Assembly (NCBI GenBank): GCA_045659785.1
Contig: JAZRCM010000003.1
Coordinates: 31,982 to 95,981 of the forward strand
DNA: 64,000 nucleotides
Reading direction: 5' to 3'
Source of the DNA: Alphaproteobacteria bacterium
GTDB lineage: Bacteria > Pseudomonadota > Alphaproteobacteria > RF32 > CAG-239
Shown here: positions 52,178 through 62,361 of the stretch, in pieces
How positions within the stretch are numbered: position 1 is the first letter of the stretch
Layout of the letters: each line of letters begins with the position of its first letter
Notes under the pieces: model-generated
Seen by the model: the letters and a program-made list of their open reading frames with translations, nothing else
What the model was told of the DNA's origin: nothing
Databases searched by the model: none
Made by a program: the position numbers and the translations under genes

Positions 52178-52765
52178 ATGCAAATTCAAAATGACTATAT
52201 TGGTGATGATAAATTTACAAAGCTGTTAGAACACTACAAATGTCCGGCTCCTTTATCATTAATTAGAATGCGCTTTGCTGGTGCAATGTGCTCTCCTAAC
52301 CTGAATTTACGTCCGACGGATGTGATTGCTTCATTGTGGTCAGACGGGCAAGAACCTCGTCTTCAAACAAAAGAAGAGGCTGATTTGTTCTTCAAGTTTT
52401 TTATGGGCTTCTGGGATGAAATTTTCAGACAAGTAACAAGTCGTAAATTCAAATTGCCTTTGCATAAAATTATTACCGGTAATGATTTGGTATCGACTTG
52501 CAGACAACGAGCTCTCGATGTTGAAGACGGATTTTTGGAAGGTTTTTGGGGCGGTCTTGAAGATGCTGACCTTCCGGAAGACATTGCCGAAATTATCGAT
52601 TCTATCTCTGAATTGGTTGAAGCATACGGATATTTAGGCAACTGTACTTTTACCGAAAAAGAACTTAATGCGTTGAGCAGAACCGTTACCGAGACAGACG
52701 AAATGGTTAATCGTTGTATTGATTACGTTATCGAAAACTACGCTTTGCCACGTTTTAAAAAGTAA
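52178..52765 (+). CDS. UPF0149/YecA-like family protein
   Basis: Acidic, helical, ~195 aa. Weak family recollection. Confidence 0.35.
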   Translation: MQIQNDYIGDDKFTKLLEHYKCPAPLSLIRMRFAGAMCSPNLNLRPTDVIASLWSDGQEPRLQTKEEADLFFKFFMGFWDEIFRQVTSRKFKLPLHKIITGNDLVSTCRQRALDVEDGFLEGFWGGLEDADLPEDIAEIIDSISELVEAYGYLGNCTFTEKELNALSRTVTETDEMVNRCIDYVIENYALPRFKK

Positions 52766-52780
52766 TTTCAAGAGGTAAAA

Positions 52781-53314
52781 ATGGATTTATACGAAGGCTT
52801 ATTAACTCGTCGTTCGATTCGCAAGTATGCGGATAAGAAAATTCCTCACGATGTTTTGGAAGAAATTATCAAAGCTGCACAATATGCTCCTTCCGCACAT
52901 AACAAACAATCTTGGGAATTTTTAGTAATTGAAGACAAAGAAACTTTAGCAAGCTTGCGAGTTATTCAACGTTGGACATCTTTTGCGAAAGATGCCTCTT
53001 GTGCTGTTATCGTATGCGGTAATTTGAATAATGTTTTTTGTCGCGATAAAGACGGAGAAAAGTGGGATTATGCCGATATTGATTGCACATTGGCATCACA
53101 AAATTTGATGTTGGCAGCTCACTCGAAAGGTATAGGAACATGTTTCTGCGGAGCTTCACCGATGCCTTTAGTAATTGACGGATTGCGTGAAAAATTCAAT
53201 CTTCCCGAATATATTCGTCCGGTTTCTATTATCATTATGGGCTATCCTGATGAAACACCAGCCCAACCGGATAACCGATACGTTGCCGAAAAAATACACT
53301 GGGAAAAATGGTAA
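52781..53314 (+). CDS. Nitroreductase-family protein
   Basis: RRSIRKY N-motif and a nitroreductase fold pattern. Confidence 0.8.
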   Translation: MDLYEGLLTRRSIRKYADKKIPHDVLEEIIKAAQYAPSAHNKQSWEFLVIEDKETLASLRVIQRWTSFAKDASCAVIVCGNLNNVFCRDKDGEKWDYADIDCTLASQNLMLAAHSKGIGTCFCGASPMPLVIDGLREKFNLPEYIRPVSIIIMGYPDETPAQPDNRYVAEKIHWEKW

Positions 53315-53402
53315 ACAAAAAAGGAGGTATAAAGACCTCCTTCTTTTATGCAAAAAAAAGAGGAGCAGATGCCCCTCTCTTTTCAATTTTTACAACTGTC
53401 CT

Positions 53403-53852
53403 TTACTTGCCGTAGATAACAATGTAAAGGTCTTTCGAACCAGAGCTGTTTTTATGATAAGCCCAGGTCCACTTGTATTTAACAAGAGGTTCGTCCAGAT
53501 TAGCAAAACCTTCAGGTTTCCAATCGAATTTAGCACGATCTTCTTCCTTTATCGCAGGAACAACCTCTACTGTACGACCAACGACTTTTAGCGTCATATC
53601 TCCGGCCACTACATAGTAATTGCCCTCTGCATCCTTTGCCTGTGCCACATCAGCCCAGTCAGAAGTCTGTTCTCCGGTTACTTTGAAAGCCTGCAAGAAC
53701 TTCACCTCCTTGAACTCGCTCATGTCAGTCTTAATAACTGTGCCTTCATCATTAACTGTTAACGTAATACCGTTAACTTTGATGTAATCCCCCGCAAAAG
53801 CAGAAGTTACACAAGCACATACACACACGAGAATTGCAAAAATTTTCTTCAT
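53403..53852 (-). CDS. Secreted hypothetical protein with anomalously high G+C (149 aa)
   Basis: Signal peptide MKKIFAILVCVCACVTSAFA. Codon usage and G+C are clearly unlike neighbouring genes. Confidence 0.55.
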   Translation of the reverse strand: MKKIFAILVCVCACVTSAFAGDYIKVNGITLTVNDEGTVIKTDMSEFKEVKFLQAFKVTGEQTSDWADVAQAKDAEGNYYVVAGDMTLKVVGRTVEVVPAIKEEDRAKFDWKPEGFANLDEPLVKYKWTWAYHKNSSGSKDLYIVIYGK

Positions 53853-53974
53853 AACTTTATCTATAGTAATTGGTTTAACATACGAACAATATAACTCTGT
53901 TTAGTTTTTTTGTCAATATAGTCGAGCTTGAACAAAGCTCAAAAATAACTTGAAAAAAAATACTAAAGTGTTAA

Positions 53975-55048
<1,074 letters not shown>

Positions 55049-55130
55049 TCGTTATTACCCCGTAGGTATCCGAGCGGCTTTTTGCCGCTCATTACCGCGG
55101 GGATTTTTTATTTTTTTAAGGAAACAATAA

Positions 55131-56339
55131 ATGAATTACAAAACAATTGATGATTTAGGTGATTTGCATGGCAAAGTTGTTATGCTCCGTGCCGACTTAA
55201 ACGTACCTATGGATGAAAACTTTAATGTTACCAATACTGCTCGTATCGACAGAACCGTTCCTACAATCAAAGAACTTATGAGCAAAGGTGCAAAGGTTGT
55301 GGTTATTTCTCACTTCGGTCGTCCGGAAGGCAAAGGGGATATGAAAAACTCTCTTTCTCATATTGTTAGCGACTTAGAAAAAGCCCTTGGTAAAAAAGTT
55401 ACTTTTGTAGAAGATTGTATCGGCGAAAAAGTAGAACAAGCCGTTAAAGCTATGAGCGACGACGAAGTTTTGTTGCTTGAAAATCTGCGCTTCTATAACG
55501 AAGAAAAGAAAGGCAATGAAGATTTCGCCAAAGAATTGGTAAAAGTTGCCGATTTTTACGTTTCTGATGCTTTCTCAACAGCTCACAGAGCACATGCCTC
55601 TATGGTTGCCGCAGCAAAAGAACTTCCTGCTTCTATGGGACGTTTGATGGAAGAAGAAGTAAAAGCTCTTGAAGGTGCTTTATCTAATCCTACTCGTCCG
55701 TTGATTGCCATTGTCGGCGGTTCTAAAGTTTCTACAAAATTAGATTTGTTGAACAACTTGGTTAAAAAAGTTGATAAATTGGTAATTTCAGGCGGTATGG
55801 CTCATACCTTTATGAAAGCTAAAGGAATTGATACCGTTAACGAAGCTAATTCATTGGTTCAAATGGATATGCTCGAAACAGCAAAAGAAATCATGTCCGT
55901 AGCACAAGCAAATAATTGCGAAATTATTTTGCCGGAAGATGTAGTTGTTTCTAAAGAGTTCAAACCTCATGCAGAACACAAAACCGTTTCATTGAACGAT
56001 ATTCCTGCAGAAGGTTGGAGCTTGTTAGATGTAGGCGAAAAAACCATTGCAAAAATCAATGAAAAACTTGATGAGTGCAAAACTTTAGTTTGGAACGGAC
56101 CTCTCGGTGTGTTTGAAATGAAACCTTTTGACAATGCAACCAATAAAGTTGCTGAACATGCCGCAGAACTTACACAAGCAGGAAAATTGATGTCTGTTGC
56201 CGGTGGTGGAGACACTGTTTCTGCTTTAGAAAATGCAGGTGTTGCAAATAAGTTTTCTTATATTTCAACTGCTGGCGGTGCTTTCCTTGAATGGATGGAA
56301 GGAAAAGAACTTCCGGGTGTAGCTGTTTTGAAAAAATAA
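55131..56339 (+). CDS. pgk: Phosphoglycerate kinase
   Basis: PGK signature and 402 aa length. Confidence 0.95.
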   Translation: MNYKTIDDLGDLHGKVVMLRADLNVPMDENFNVTNTARIDRTVPTIKELMSKGAKVVVISHFGRPEGKGDMKNSLSHIVSDLEKALGKKVTFVEDCIGEKVEQAVKAMSDDEVLLLENLRFYNEEKKGNEDFAKELVKVADFYVSDAFSTAHRAHASMVAAAKELPASMGRLMEEEVKALEGALSNPTRPLIAIVGGSKVSTKLDLLNNLVKKVDKLVISGGMAHTFMKAKGIDTVNEANSLVQMDMLETAKEIMSVAQANNCEIILPEDVVVSKEFKPHAEHKTVSLNDIPAEGWSLLDVGEKTIAKINEKLDECKTLVWNGPLGVFEMKPFDNATNKVAEHAAELTQAGKLMSVAGGGDTVSALENAGVANKFSYISTAGGAFLEWMEGKELPGVAVLKK

Positions 56340-56406
56340 GCAACAATCACAACAAAAAAGACATATGGCAAGCCATATGTCTTTTTTTTTATAATCAGAG
56401 ATAATC

Positions 56407-56868
56407 TTACTCGATGTAGCAATCCGCCACAATCAAAACTCCGTGGTCGAAAATACGCACCCAGCAGATGTCAACATACTGAACCCAATAATCAAGGGTT
56501 TCCTTCCACACGGGAGTACAGTGCTTCGACCATACGTCATAAACTTTTTCTGACGGGAACAATTTTTGCAACTCTGCTTTGAGCTTAAACTCATCAGGAC
56601 GAGCAACACACTCTGAAGCCATAGGAAGCCGCTGCGCACACTCATCGCTAAAGTCTTCTACCACATAATCGTGAGCCTTGACATCTCGATAGTGTTCCAT
56701 TGCATTACTTGCCTCTCTCAGCAAATCAACAATCTTTCGTTGGTTTTCACTTGAGAAAAAGCCTTCCAATTCAGGCTCATTTGCTGTAACCAAACAACGA
56801 TATGCACCTATGTTTGTGCAAATCTTTCCCTTTTTTACGAACTTGTAGTTCTTGAAGTTTTTAATCAT
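56407..56868 (-). CDS. Hypothetical protein with anomalously high G+C (153 aa)
   Basis: ORF with GC-rich codon usage. No signal peptide. Confidence 0.45.
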   Translation of the reverse strand: MIKNFKNYKFVKKGKICTNIGAYRCLVTANEPELEGFFSSENQRKIVDLLREASNAMEHYRDVKAHDYVVEDFSDECAQRLPMASECVARPDEFKLKAELQKLFPSEKVYDVWSKHCTPVWKETLDYWVQYVDICWVRIFDHGVLIVADCYIE

Positions 56869-56974
56869 AAGCTAAAAATAATATTTTTTTAAGTTAGGTT
56901 TTAGCGGGATAAACCCCTTTTTTTAGATAAAGACATCTTCGGCTTTTACCGAAGATGCCTGTACTGATGGAAAA

Positions 56975-57376
56975 CTAAAGCTTAAACAGCATACCGGCAT
57001 TCTCACCTTGGCAGCCCATAAATTGAACTTTACCGCTACCGAGCTCATAAGCCTCCATGTCCTCAACTTTGTCCGCCGCTGTCCAGATAATATTTTTATG
57101 AGTAATCTGGAAACCGCAGTCACACTTCTTAAGCATCATTCGAACACCGCTCAAACGGCTACTCACAATCTTGATATCCGCAGGAGTTAACAGCTTCTTC
57201 TCAAAGATTTCGGCATAATCAACTGCCATAGAAGCAGAAAAATCCTCTAGCATACCCTCGGTAAGCAGGCAACAATCTTCGGAAATTCGAATAGCCTTCA
57301 CAACTTTGTCTTCGATAAAATCGACAGACTCCGTATTGTCCGTATAGACAAACAGAAATTTAAACTTCTCTTTCAT
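56975..57376 (-). CDS. Hypothetical protein with anomalously high G+C (~133 aa from MKEKFKFLF)
   Basis: ORF with GC-rich codon usage, adjacent to the 56407..56868 gene. Confidence 0.45.
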   Translation of the reverse strand: MKEKFKFLFVYTDNTESVDFIEDKVVKAIRISEDCCLLTEGMLEDFSASMAVDYAEIFEKKLLTPADIKIVSSRLSGVRMMLKKCDCGFQITHKNIIWTAADKVEDMEAYELGSGKVQFMGCQGENAGMLFKL

Positions 57377-57500
57377 AATTAAATTGATAATTGATTTTAC
57401 TTTCGTCAGTATAGACAAAATTTTCACAAAAAGCAATAACCTTTTTACAAAAAAAAGAGGAACAAATAATGTTCCTCTTTTTCGATTACAGATTATTATC

Positions 57501-57938
57501 TTATTCTGCTTTTTCTGCAGCTTCAGCAGCAGCTTTTTCAGCAGCTACACGAGCTTTATCTTTAGCACCTTTAGCATTAACATCTCTGTCAACCAATTCA
57601 ATGATTGCCATAGGAGCAGCGTCACCATAACGGATACCGGCTTTCAATACACGAGTATAACCGCCGTTACGAGTGCTGTAACGTTCTGCTAAAGTAGAAA
57701 ACAACTTAGAAACAACTTCTTCGTCGCGCAAAAAGGCCAAAGCCAAACGACGACTGTTCAAATCACCTTTTTTAGCAAAAGTAATCATGTTGTCAGCAAA
57801 AGTTCTCAATTCTTTAGCACGTGGCAAAGTAATTTTGATTTGTTCATGATTCAACAATGCGCAAGTCAAGTTAGAGAACAAAGCTCTTCTTTGGCTGGTT
57901 GGCATATTAAATTTTCTATGTGCATCACCATGTCTCAT
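57501..57938 (-). CDS. rplQ: 50S ribosomal protein L17
   Basis: L17 conserved core (RRLALAFLRDEEV..., NGGYTRVLK) with a C-terminal Ala/Lys/Glu tail. Confidence 0.9.
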   Translation of the reverse strand: MRHGDAHRKFNMPTSQRRALFSNLTCALLNHEQIKITLPRAKELRTFADNMITFAKKGDLNSRRLALAFLRDEEVVSKLFSTLAERYSTRNGGYTRVLKAGIRYGDAAPMAIIELVDRDVNAKGAKDKARVAAEKAAAEAAEKAE

Positions 57939-58129
57939 GGCATTTTCCTTTCTTTATTAAACAGTGCTTTGACAGGCAAAGCGGATAAAACACCGGTTTT
58001 TACTACGGAGTCGCAATGCAACCATACATAAAAACCCACACTTTCGAAACGGCTTATAACATACAACTTTTTGAAAAGCAAGAAAAAACGTCACATTTTT
58101 CAATGTGACGCATTACAGATTAATAAAAA

Positions 58130-58426
58130 TCACTCCTGTTCGAGAGCCTTCTTATTAAGTTCAACATACTCCTGATAAGATTTTCGAGCCTTTCTGTAGC
58201 AAACTCCAAGGCCTACCACACAGAAAATCATCAGTGCTCCCATAAATCCTACCCCTAATTTTGAGTAAAGCGGCATTGTAGAGAGAGGAGGACTTAAAAT
58301 AGCGTAAACAATTCCTCCGCAACCGATAATGGTCAAAACAACACTTATCCAAAATGTTACCTTCAGATTCCATACATTTGCGGCCAAATAAGCGGCAATG
58401 TTTTTTTCAAAATTTTTCATATACAA
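58130..58426 (-). CDS. Small two-TM membrane protein (98 aa)
   Basis: Two hydrophobic helices. Hairpin terminator at ~58093..58125. Confidence 0.45.
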   Translation of the reverse strand: MYMKNFEKNIAAYLAANVWNLKVTFWISVVLTIIGCGGIVYAILSPPLSTMPLYSKLGVGFMGALMIFCVVGLGVCYRKARKSYQEYVELNKKALEQE

Positions 58427-58509
58427 AATGTTAGTTAATAATATTCTTTAATGGACAAATGATAGCAAATTCGGTTAAAAAGTCAATAAAAGTATATGGG
58501 AGAAAATTT

Positions 58510-58947
58510 ATGAAATTACTGATACAACGAGTAAAAAAGGCCTCGGTTAGTGTAAACAATGAAGTAGTCGGAAAAATAGAACAAGGCATATTGATATTTA
58601 TCGGAGTTTGCAAAGGCGATACTAAAGAGCAGGCAGATTTTCTCGTCCGTAAAGCTGCTAATTTACGAATTTTTGAAGATGAAAACGGAAAAATGAACTT
58701 ATCGGTAAAAGATATATCCGGTTCAGCATTGGTAATTTCACAATTTACACTTGCCGGCGATTGCACCAGGGGGAATCGCCCCGGATTTGACCAAGCAGCA
58801 CATCCCGATATTGCAAAACCGATGTATGAATATTTTTCAGAACAACTGCGTAATGAAAATATAAAAGTTGAAAACGGTATCTTTCAAGCAGATATGCAAG
58901 TAAGCTTAATTAATGATGGTCCGGTTACGTTCATTCTGGAAAAATAG
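58510..58947 (+). CDS. dtd: D-aminoacyl-tRNA deacylase
   Basis: MKLLIQRV N-terminus and the SQFTL motif. Confidence 0.9.
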   Translation: MKLLIQRVKKASVSVNNEVVGKIEQGILIFIGVCKGDTKEQADFLVRKAANLRIFEDENGKMNLSVKDISGSALVISQFTLAGDCTRGNRPGFDQAAHPDIAKPMYEYFSEQLRNENIKVENGIFQADMQVSLINDGPVTFILEK

Positions 58948-58963
58948 TTTTCACCCATCAAGC

Positions 58964-59383
58964 TTAATTACAAATTTTATATAGCATATCAACCACTGTT
59001 TTAAACTTTTTCCAATTATTTTTATTTTGCAAAAAACAGATAAACTCATGCCACTTTTCTAATTCAGATGGTTGGTAATAACAATCTGTAATTACATTTG
59101 CTCTAGGGCTCATTGATTTTATTTCTGTCGGCATATCCGCATAAAAATAACCGACATCAACATCTAAAACCACCGAAAAATCATATAATCGACTGGCACT
59201 AACCCGATTCGCTCCGTTTTCATATTTTTGCAATTGCTGAAAGCTTAAATTTAGCGATTGAGCCAGTTGCTCTTGAGTAAACCCTAACGACAATCTTCGT
59301 AATTTTATTCGTTGTCCGACATATATATCTACCGGATTCGGTGCTCTATCCGGTTGTTTTCCTCGATTCTGTTTGTGTTTCAT
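58964..59383 (-). CDS. XRE-family HTH transcriptional regulator with a C-terminal domain
   Basis: HTH_3 pattern IKLRRLSLGFTQEQLAQSLNLSFQQLQKYENGANRVSASRL. Confidence 0.75.
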   Translation of the reverse strand: MKHKQNRGKQPDRAPNPVDIYVGQRIKLRRLSLGFTQEQLAQSLNLSFQQLQKYENGANRVSASRLYDFSVVLDVDVGYFYADMPTEIKSMSPRANVITDCYYQPSELEKWHEFICFLQNKNNWKKFKTVVDMLYKICN

Positions 59384-59429
59384 TCCCGCCTCTTAAAAAA
59401 AGAAAAAGTCACTTGATGAGAGTGACTGG

Positions 59430-59630
59430 GAGCTGAAAACTACACAACAATAGTGCGACTTATTACCGCATGGCTATTAGGTCGCCTCCCAGTCATAAGA
59501 CCAAAAGGCAACCAAGTTTCGTCTTGATTAGACGTGCTGTGAAAGGTTTTCAGACCTTAAAACGTTCATCATTCGTTTCAAGAAGAATCTATAAAAGAAA
59601 CAACAAAAAGTAAAGAATAAAAATTGCCAT
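59430..59630 (-). ncRNA. Candidate structured small RNA or leader between two minus-strand terminators (rpoA terminator at 59640..59672; hairpin with U-run at 59394..59426)
   Basis: GC-enriched, no ORF over 18 aa. Nested long-range stems (tgactgggag 59423..59432 with ctcccagtca 59486..59495; gcgac with gtcgc). Confidence 0.25.
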
Positions 59631-59681
59631 ACAAAAAAGCCCCTTTTCATAAGAAAAGAGGCTTTATAAATTCAGATACTT

Positions 59682-60692
59682 TTAGAAATGATCATCTACA
59701 CGTTTAATCAATTCTTCAATATTCTCTGGAGGCCAACCCGGAGTTTCCATACCAAGATGAATTCCCATTTTAGCCAATACTTCTTTAATTTCGTTCAAAG
59801 ATTTACGACCGAAGTTTGGAGTTCTCAACATTTCAGCTTCTGTCTTTTGTACCAAATCACCAATATAAACGATGTTATCGTTTTTGAGACAATTTGCAGA
59901 ACGAACTGACAATTCGAGTTCTTCAACCTTTTTCAACAAGTTCTTGTTGAACGGTAATTCTTCTTTTTCTTCTTCTACTTCATTTTCCGGTTCATCGAAA
60001 TTAATAAACGGTTTTAATTGATCTTGAAGGATACGAGCAGAGAATGCTACAGCATCTTCAGGAGTAACAACACCGTTTGTTTCAACAACCAATGTCAATT
60101 TATCATAGTCTGTAACTTGACCGACACGAGTATTATCTACACGATAAGAAACGCGTTTTACAGGAGAATAAATAGCATCAACAGCTATCAAACCGATAGG
60201 AGCATCTGCAGGTTTGTTCTGACTAGCAGGAACATAACCTTTACCTGTATTAACAGTCAATTCCATATTAATTTTAGCACCTGCGTCAAGGTTACAAATA
60301 ACCAAGTCAGGATTCATGATCTCTACATCATGACCGGTTTCAATCATAGATGCAGTAACCGCACAAGGACCTTCTGCTTTCAATGTCATTGTTCTAGTAC
60401 CTTCGCTGTGAACAGCAACAGCCAAGCATTTAACATTGAGCACAATGTCGGTTACATCTTCTCTAACACCGGGGATAACCGAAAATTCGTGTAAAACACC
60501 GTCAATTTTGATTGCGGTAACAGCACCGCCTTGCAAAGAAGACAACAAAATTCTTCTTAATGCGTTACCCAGAGTAAGACCGAAGCCTCTCTCCAAAGGT
60601 TCAACAACTATTTTAGCTTTGTTGCCGCCTTCGCTGGGAACAATTTCTAAATTAGTCGGTTTAATAAGTTCTTGCCAATTCTTTTGAATCAC
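59682..60692 (-). CDS. rpoA: DNA-directed RNA polymerase subunit alpha
   Basis: N-terminal assembly domain plus a C-terminal alpha-CTD, 336 aa. Confidence 0.97.
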   Translation of the reverse strand: MIQKNWQELIKPTNLEIVPSEGGNKAKIVVEPLERGFGLTLGNALRRILLSSLQGGAVTAIKIDGVLHEFSVIPGVREDVTDIVLNVKCLAVAVHSEGTRTMTLKAEGPCAVTASMIETGHDVEIMNPDLVICNLDAGAKINMELTVNTGKGYVPASQNKPADAPIGLIAVDAIYSPVKRVSYRVDNTRVGQVTDYDKLTLVVETNGVVTPEDAVAFSARILQDQLKPFINFDEPENEVEEEKEELPFNKNLLKKVEELELSVRSANCLKNDNIVYIGDLVQKTEAEMLRTPNFGRKSLNEIKEVLAKMGIHLGMETPGWPPENIEELIKRVDDHF

Positions 60693-60781
60693 TGGGATAT
60701 CCTCTATTTTTTAGTGCGCTTTATTACGAAAATCAAAAGATGGCGAGGCCGATTCTTATCAGCCTCACTATCATAAATCTA

Positions 60782-61165
60782 TTATACGCGGCGGCGTTTA
60801 CGCAAACGACAACCGTTGTGTGGAATCGGAGTTACATCACGAATTGTTGTGATTGTAAAGCCAATTACTTGCAAAGCTCTGATAGCAGATTCACGACCAG
60901 AACCCGGTCCTTTAACTTCTACTTCAAGAGTTTTCACACCACACTCCATAGCCTTTCTTCCGGCATCTTCAGCAGCTACTTGAGCAGCATAAGGGGTAGA
61001 CTTACGAGAGCCTTTGAAACCTTGTGCACCTGCAGTAGCCCAAGAAACGGTATTGCCTTGAGCGTCTGTAATTGTAATACGAGTATTATTGAAAGTAGAA
61101 TTCACATGTGCGACACCAGCTGTGATATTCTTCTTTTCTTTTTTCTTCTGTGTTGCTTTTGCCAT
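60782..61165 (-). CDS. rpsK: 30S ribosomal protein S11
   Basis: S11 signature sequence. Confidence 0.95.
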   Translation of the reverse strand: MAKATQKKKEKKNITAGVAHVNSTFNNTRITITDAQGNTVSWATAGAQGFKGSRKSTPYAAQVAAEDAGRKAMECGVKTLEVEVKGPGSGRESAIRALQVIGFTITTIRDVTPIPHNGCRLRKRRRV

Positions 61166-61183
61166 TTGGGAACCTACCTCTTA

Positions 61184-61552
61184 TTATTTCTTCTTATTGG
61201 CGACAGTTTTACGTTTACCCTTACGAGTACGAGCATTTTGTTTTGTACTCTGTCCGCGAACAGGCAAACCTTTACGATGTCTCAAACCTCTGTAACAACC
61301 AAGATCCATAAGTCTCTTGATGTTAACACCAACTTCACGACGTAATTCACCTTCTACGAGGTAATCACGGTCAATCACTTCACGTACTTTAGCAACATCT
61401 TCATCAGACATATCGCTAACACGCACGTCTGGGTTGACTCCCGATTTTGCACAAATATCTTGAGCATTTTTTCTACCGATACCAAATATGTAAGTCAAAG
61501 CTATTTCAATCTTTTTGGCAGTCGGAATATTTACACCAGCTATACGAGCCAA
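61184..61552 (-). CDS. rpsM: 30S ribosomal protein S13
   Basis: [10 protein letters not shown] start. Confidence 0.95.
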   Translation of the reverse strand: MARIAGVNIPTAKKIEIALTYIFGIGRKNAQDICAKSGVNPDVRVSDMSDEDVAKVREVIDRDYLVEGELRREVGVNIKRLMDLGCYRGLRHRKGLPVRGQSTKQNARTRKGKRKTVANKKK

Positions 61553-61677
61553 ATTTCATCTCCATTAATTAAAATATTAAACTCAAAAAGTTGATCACCA
61601 CTTTTCAAAAGTTAGCCGGATTATATGCCAATATTTGTTAGTGTCAACTATTATCTTTAAGCATTTATTAAAAAAAA

Positions 61678-62361
61678 TTACAAATGCTCTTTCAAATTCA
61701 GCAGTTTATCGATACGGGCAGCAACGACATCAACCGTTCCGTTCCCGTCAACACTGCGCAAAACTCCTTTTTCTCGATAATAAGAAATCGTCGGATATGT
61801 AAAATCACGATATTTTACCAAACGCTTTTCGACTGTTTCTCTTGTATCATCGAGTCGTTTTGAAAACTTAAAACCACCGCATATATCACATACACCGGCA
61901 ACTTTAGGTTTATGAAACTTATCACTATAATTTTCGCCACATGTAACACATGTATAACGTCCCATTATGCGATCAACAATAATTTCATCAGGAACCAATA
62001 TCTCCAAAACGGCATCAAGTTTGATTCCTTTCTCGGCAAGCATCCCGTCCAAAAACTCAGCTTGCTTAAGTGTTCTGGGAAATCCGTCCAAAATAAAACC
62101 GTTTACGCAATCCGGTTCTTCGATTCGGCGAGAAACCATTTCGATAATAAGTTCATCGGGAGCAAAATTACCTCCGGCCAACAACGGCTCAAGCTTTTTA
62201 CCGACTTCAGAACCTTTACGAATTTCCTCTCTCAACATTGCACCTGCTGACAAATGGCATATACCGAACTTCCTTTTCAAGACTCCGGCTTGAGTGCCTT
62301 TGCCTGTTCCGGGAGCTCCGGTTATAACCAAATGCAGACCTTTATTTTGGCCTATAAACAT
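61678..62361 (-). CDS. adk: Adenylate kinase (long form with a Cys4 LID)
   Basis: GAPGTGKGTQ P-loop and a LID with CVTCG...CDICGG. Confidence 0.92.
   Translation of the reverse strand: MFIGQNKGLHLVITGAPGTGKGTQAGVLKRKFGICHLSAGAMLREEIRKGSEVGKKLEPLLAGGNFAPDELIIEMVSRRIEEPDCVNGFILDGFPRTLKQAEFLDGMLAEKGIKLDAVLEILVPDEIIVDRIMGRYTCVTCGENYSDKFHKPKVAGVCDICGGFKFSKRLDDTRETVEKRLVKYRDFTYPTISYYREKGVLRSVDGNGTVDVVAARIDKLLNLKEHL

Noticed and set aside
59408-59445. Possible hammerhead ribozyme core (TGATGAG ... GAAA) in the structured region
   Set aside because: The conserved CUGANGA box is not matched (TTGATGAG), and stems II and III cannot be drawn convincingly. The hairpin is better explained as a minus-strand intrinsic terminator.
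60740-61345. 201-aa + strand ORF antisense to rpsK/rpsM
   Set aside because: It overlaps two highly conserved ribosomal protein genes on the opposite strand and is a spurious frame.
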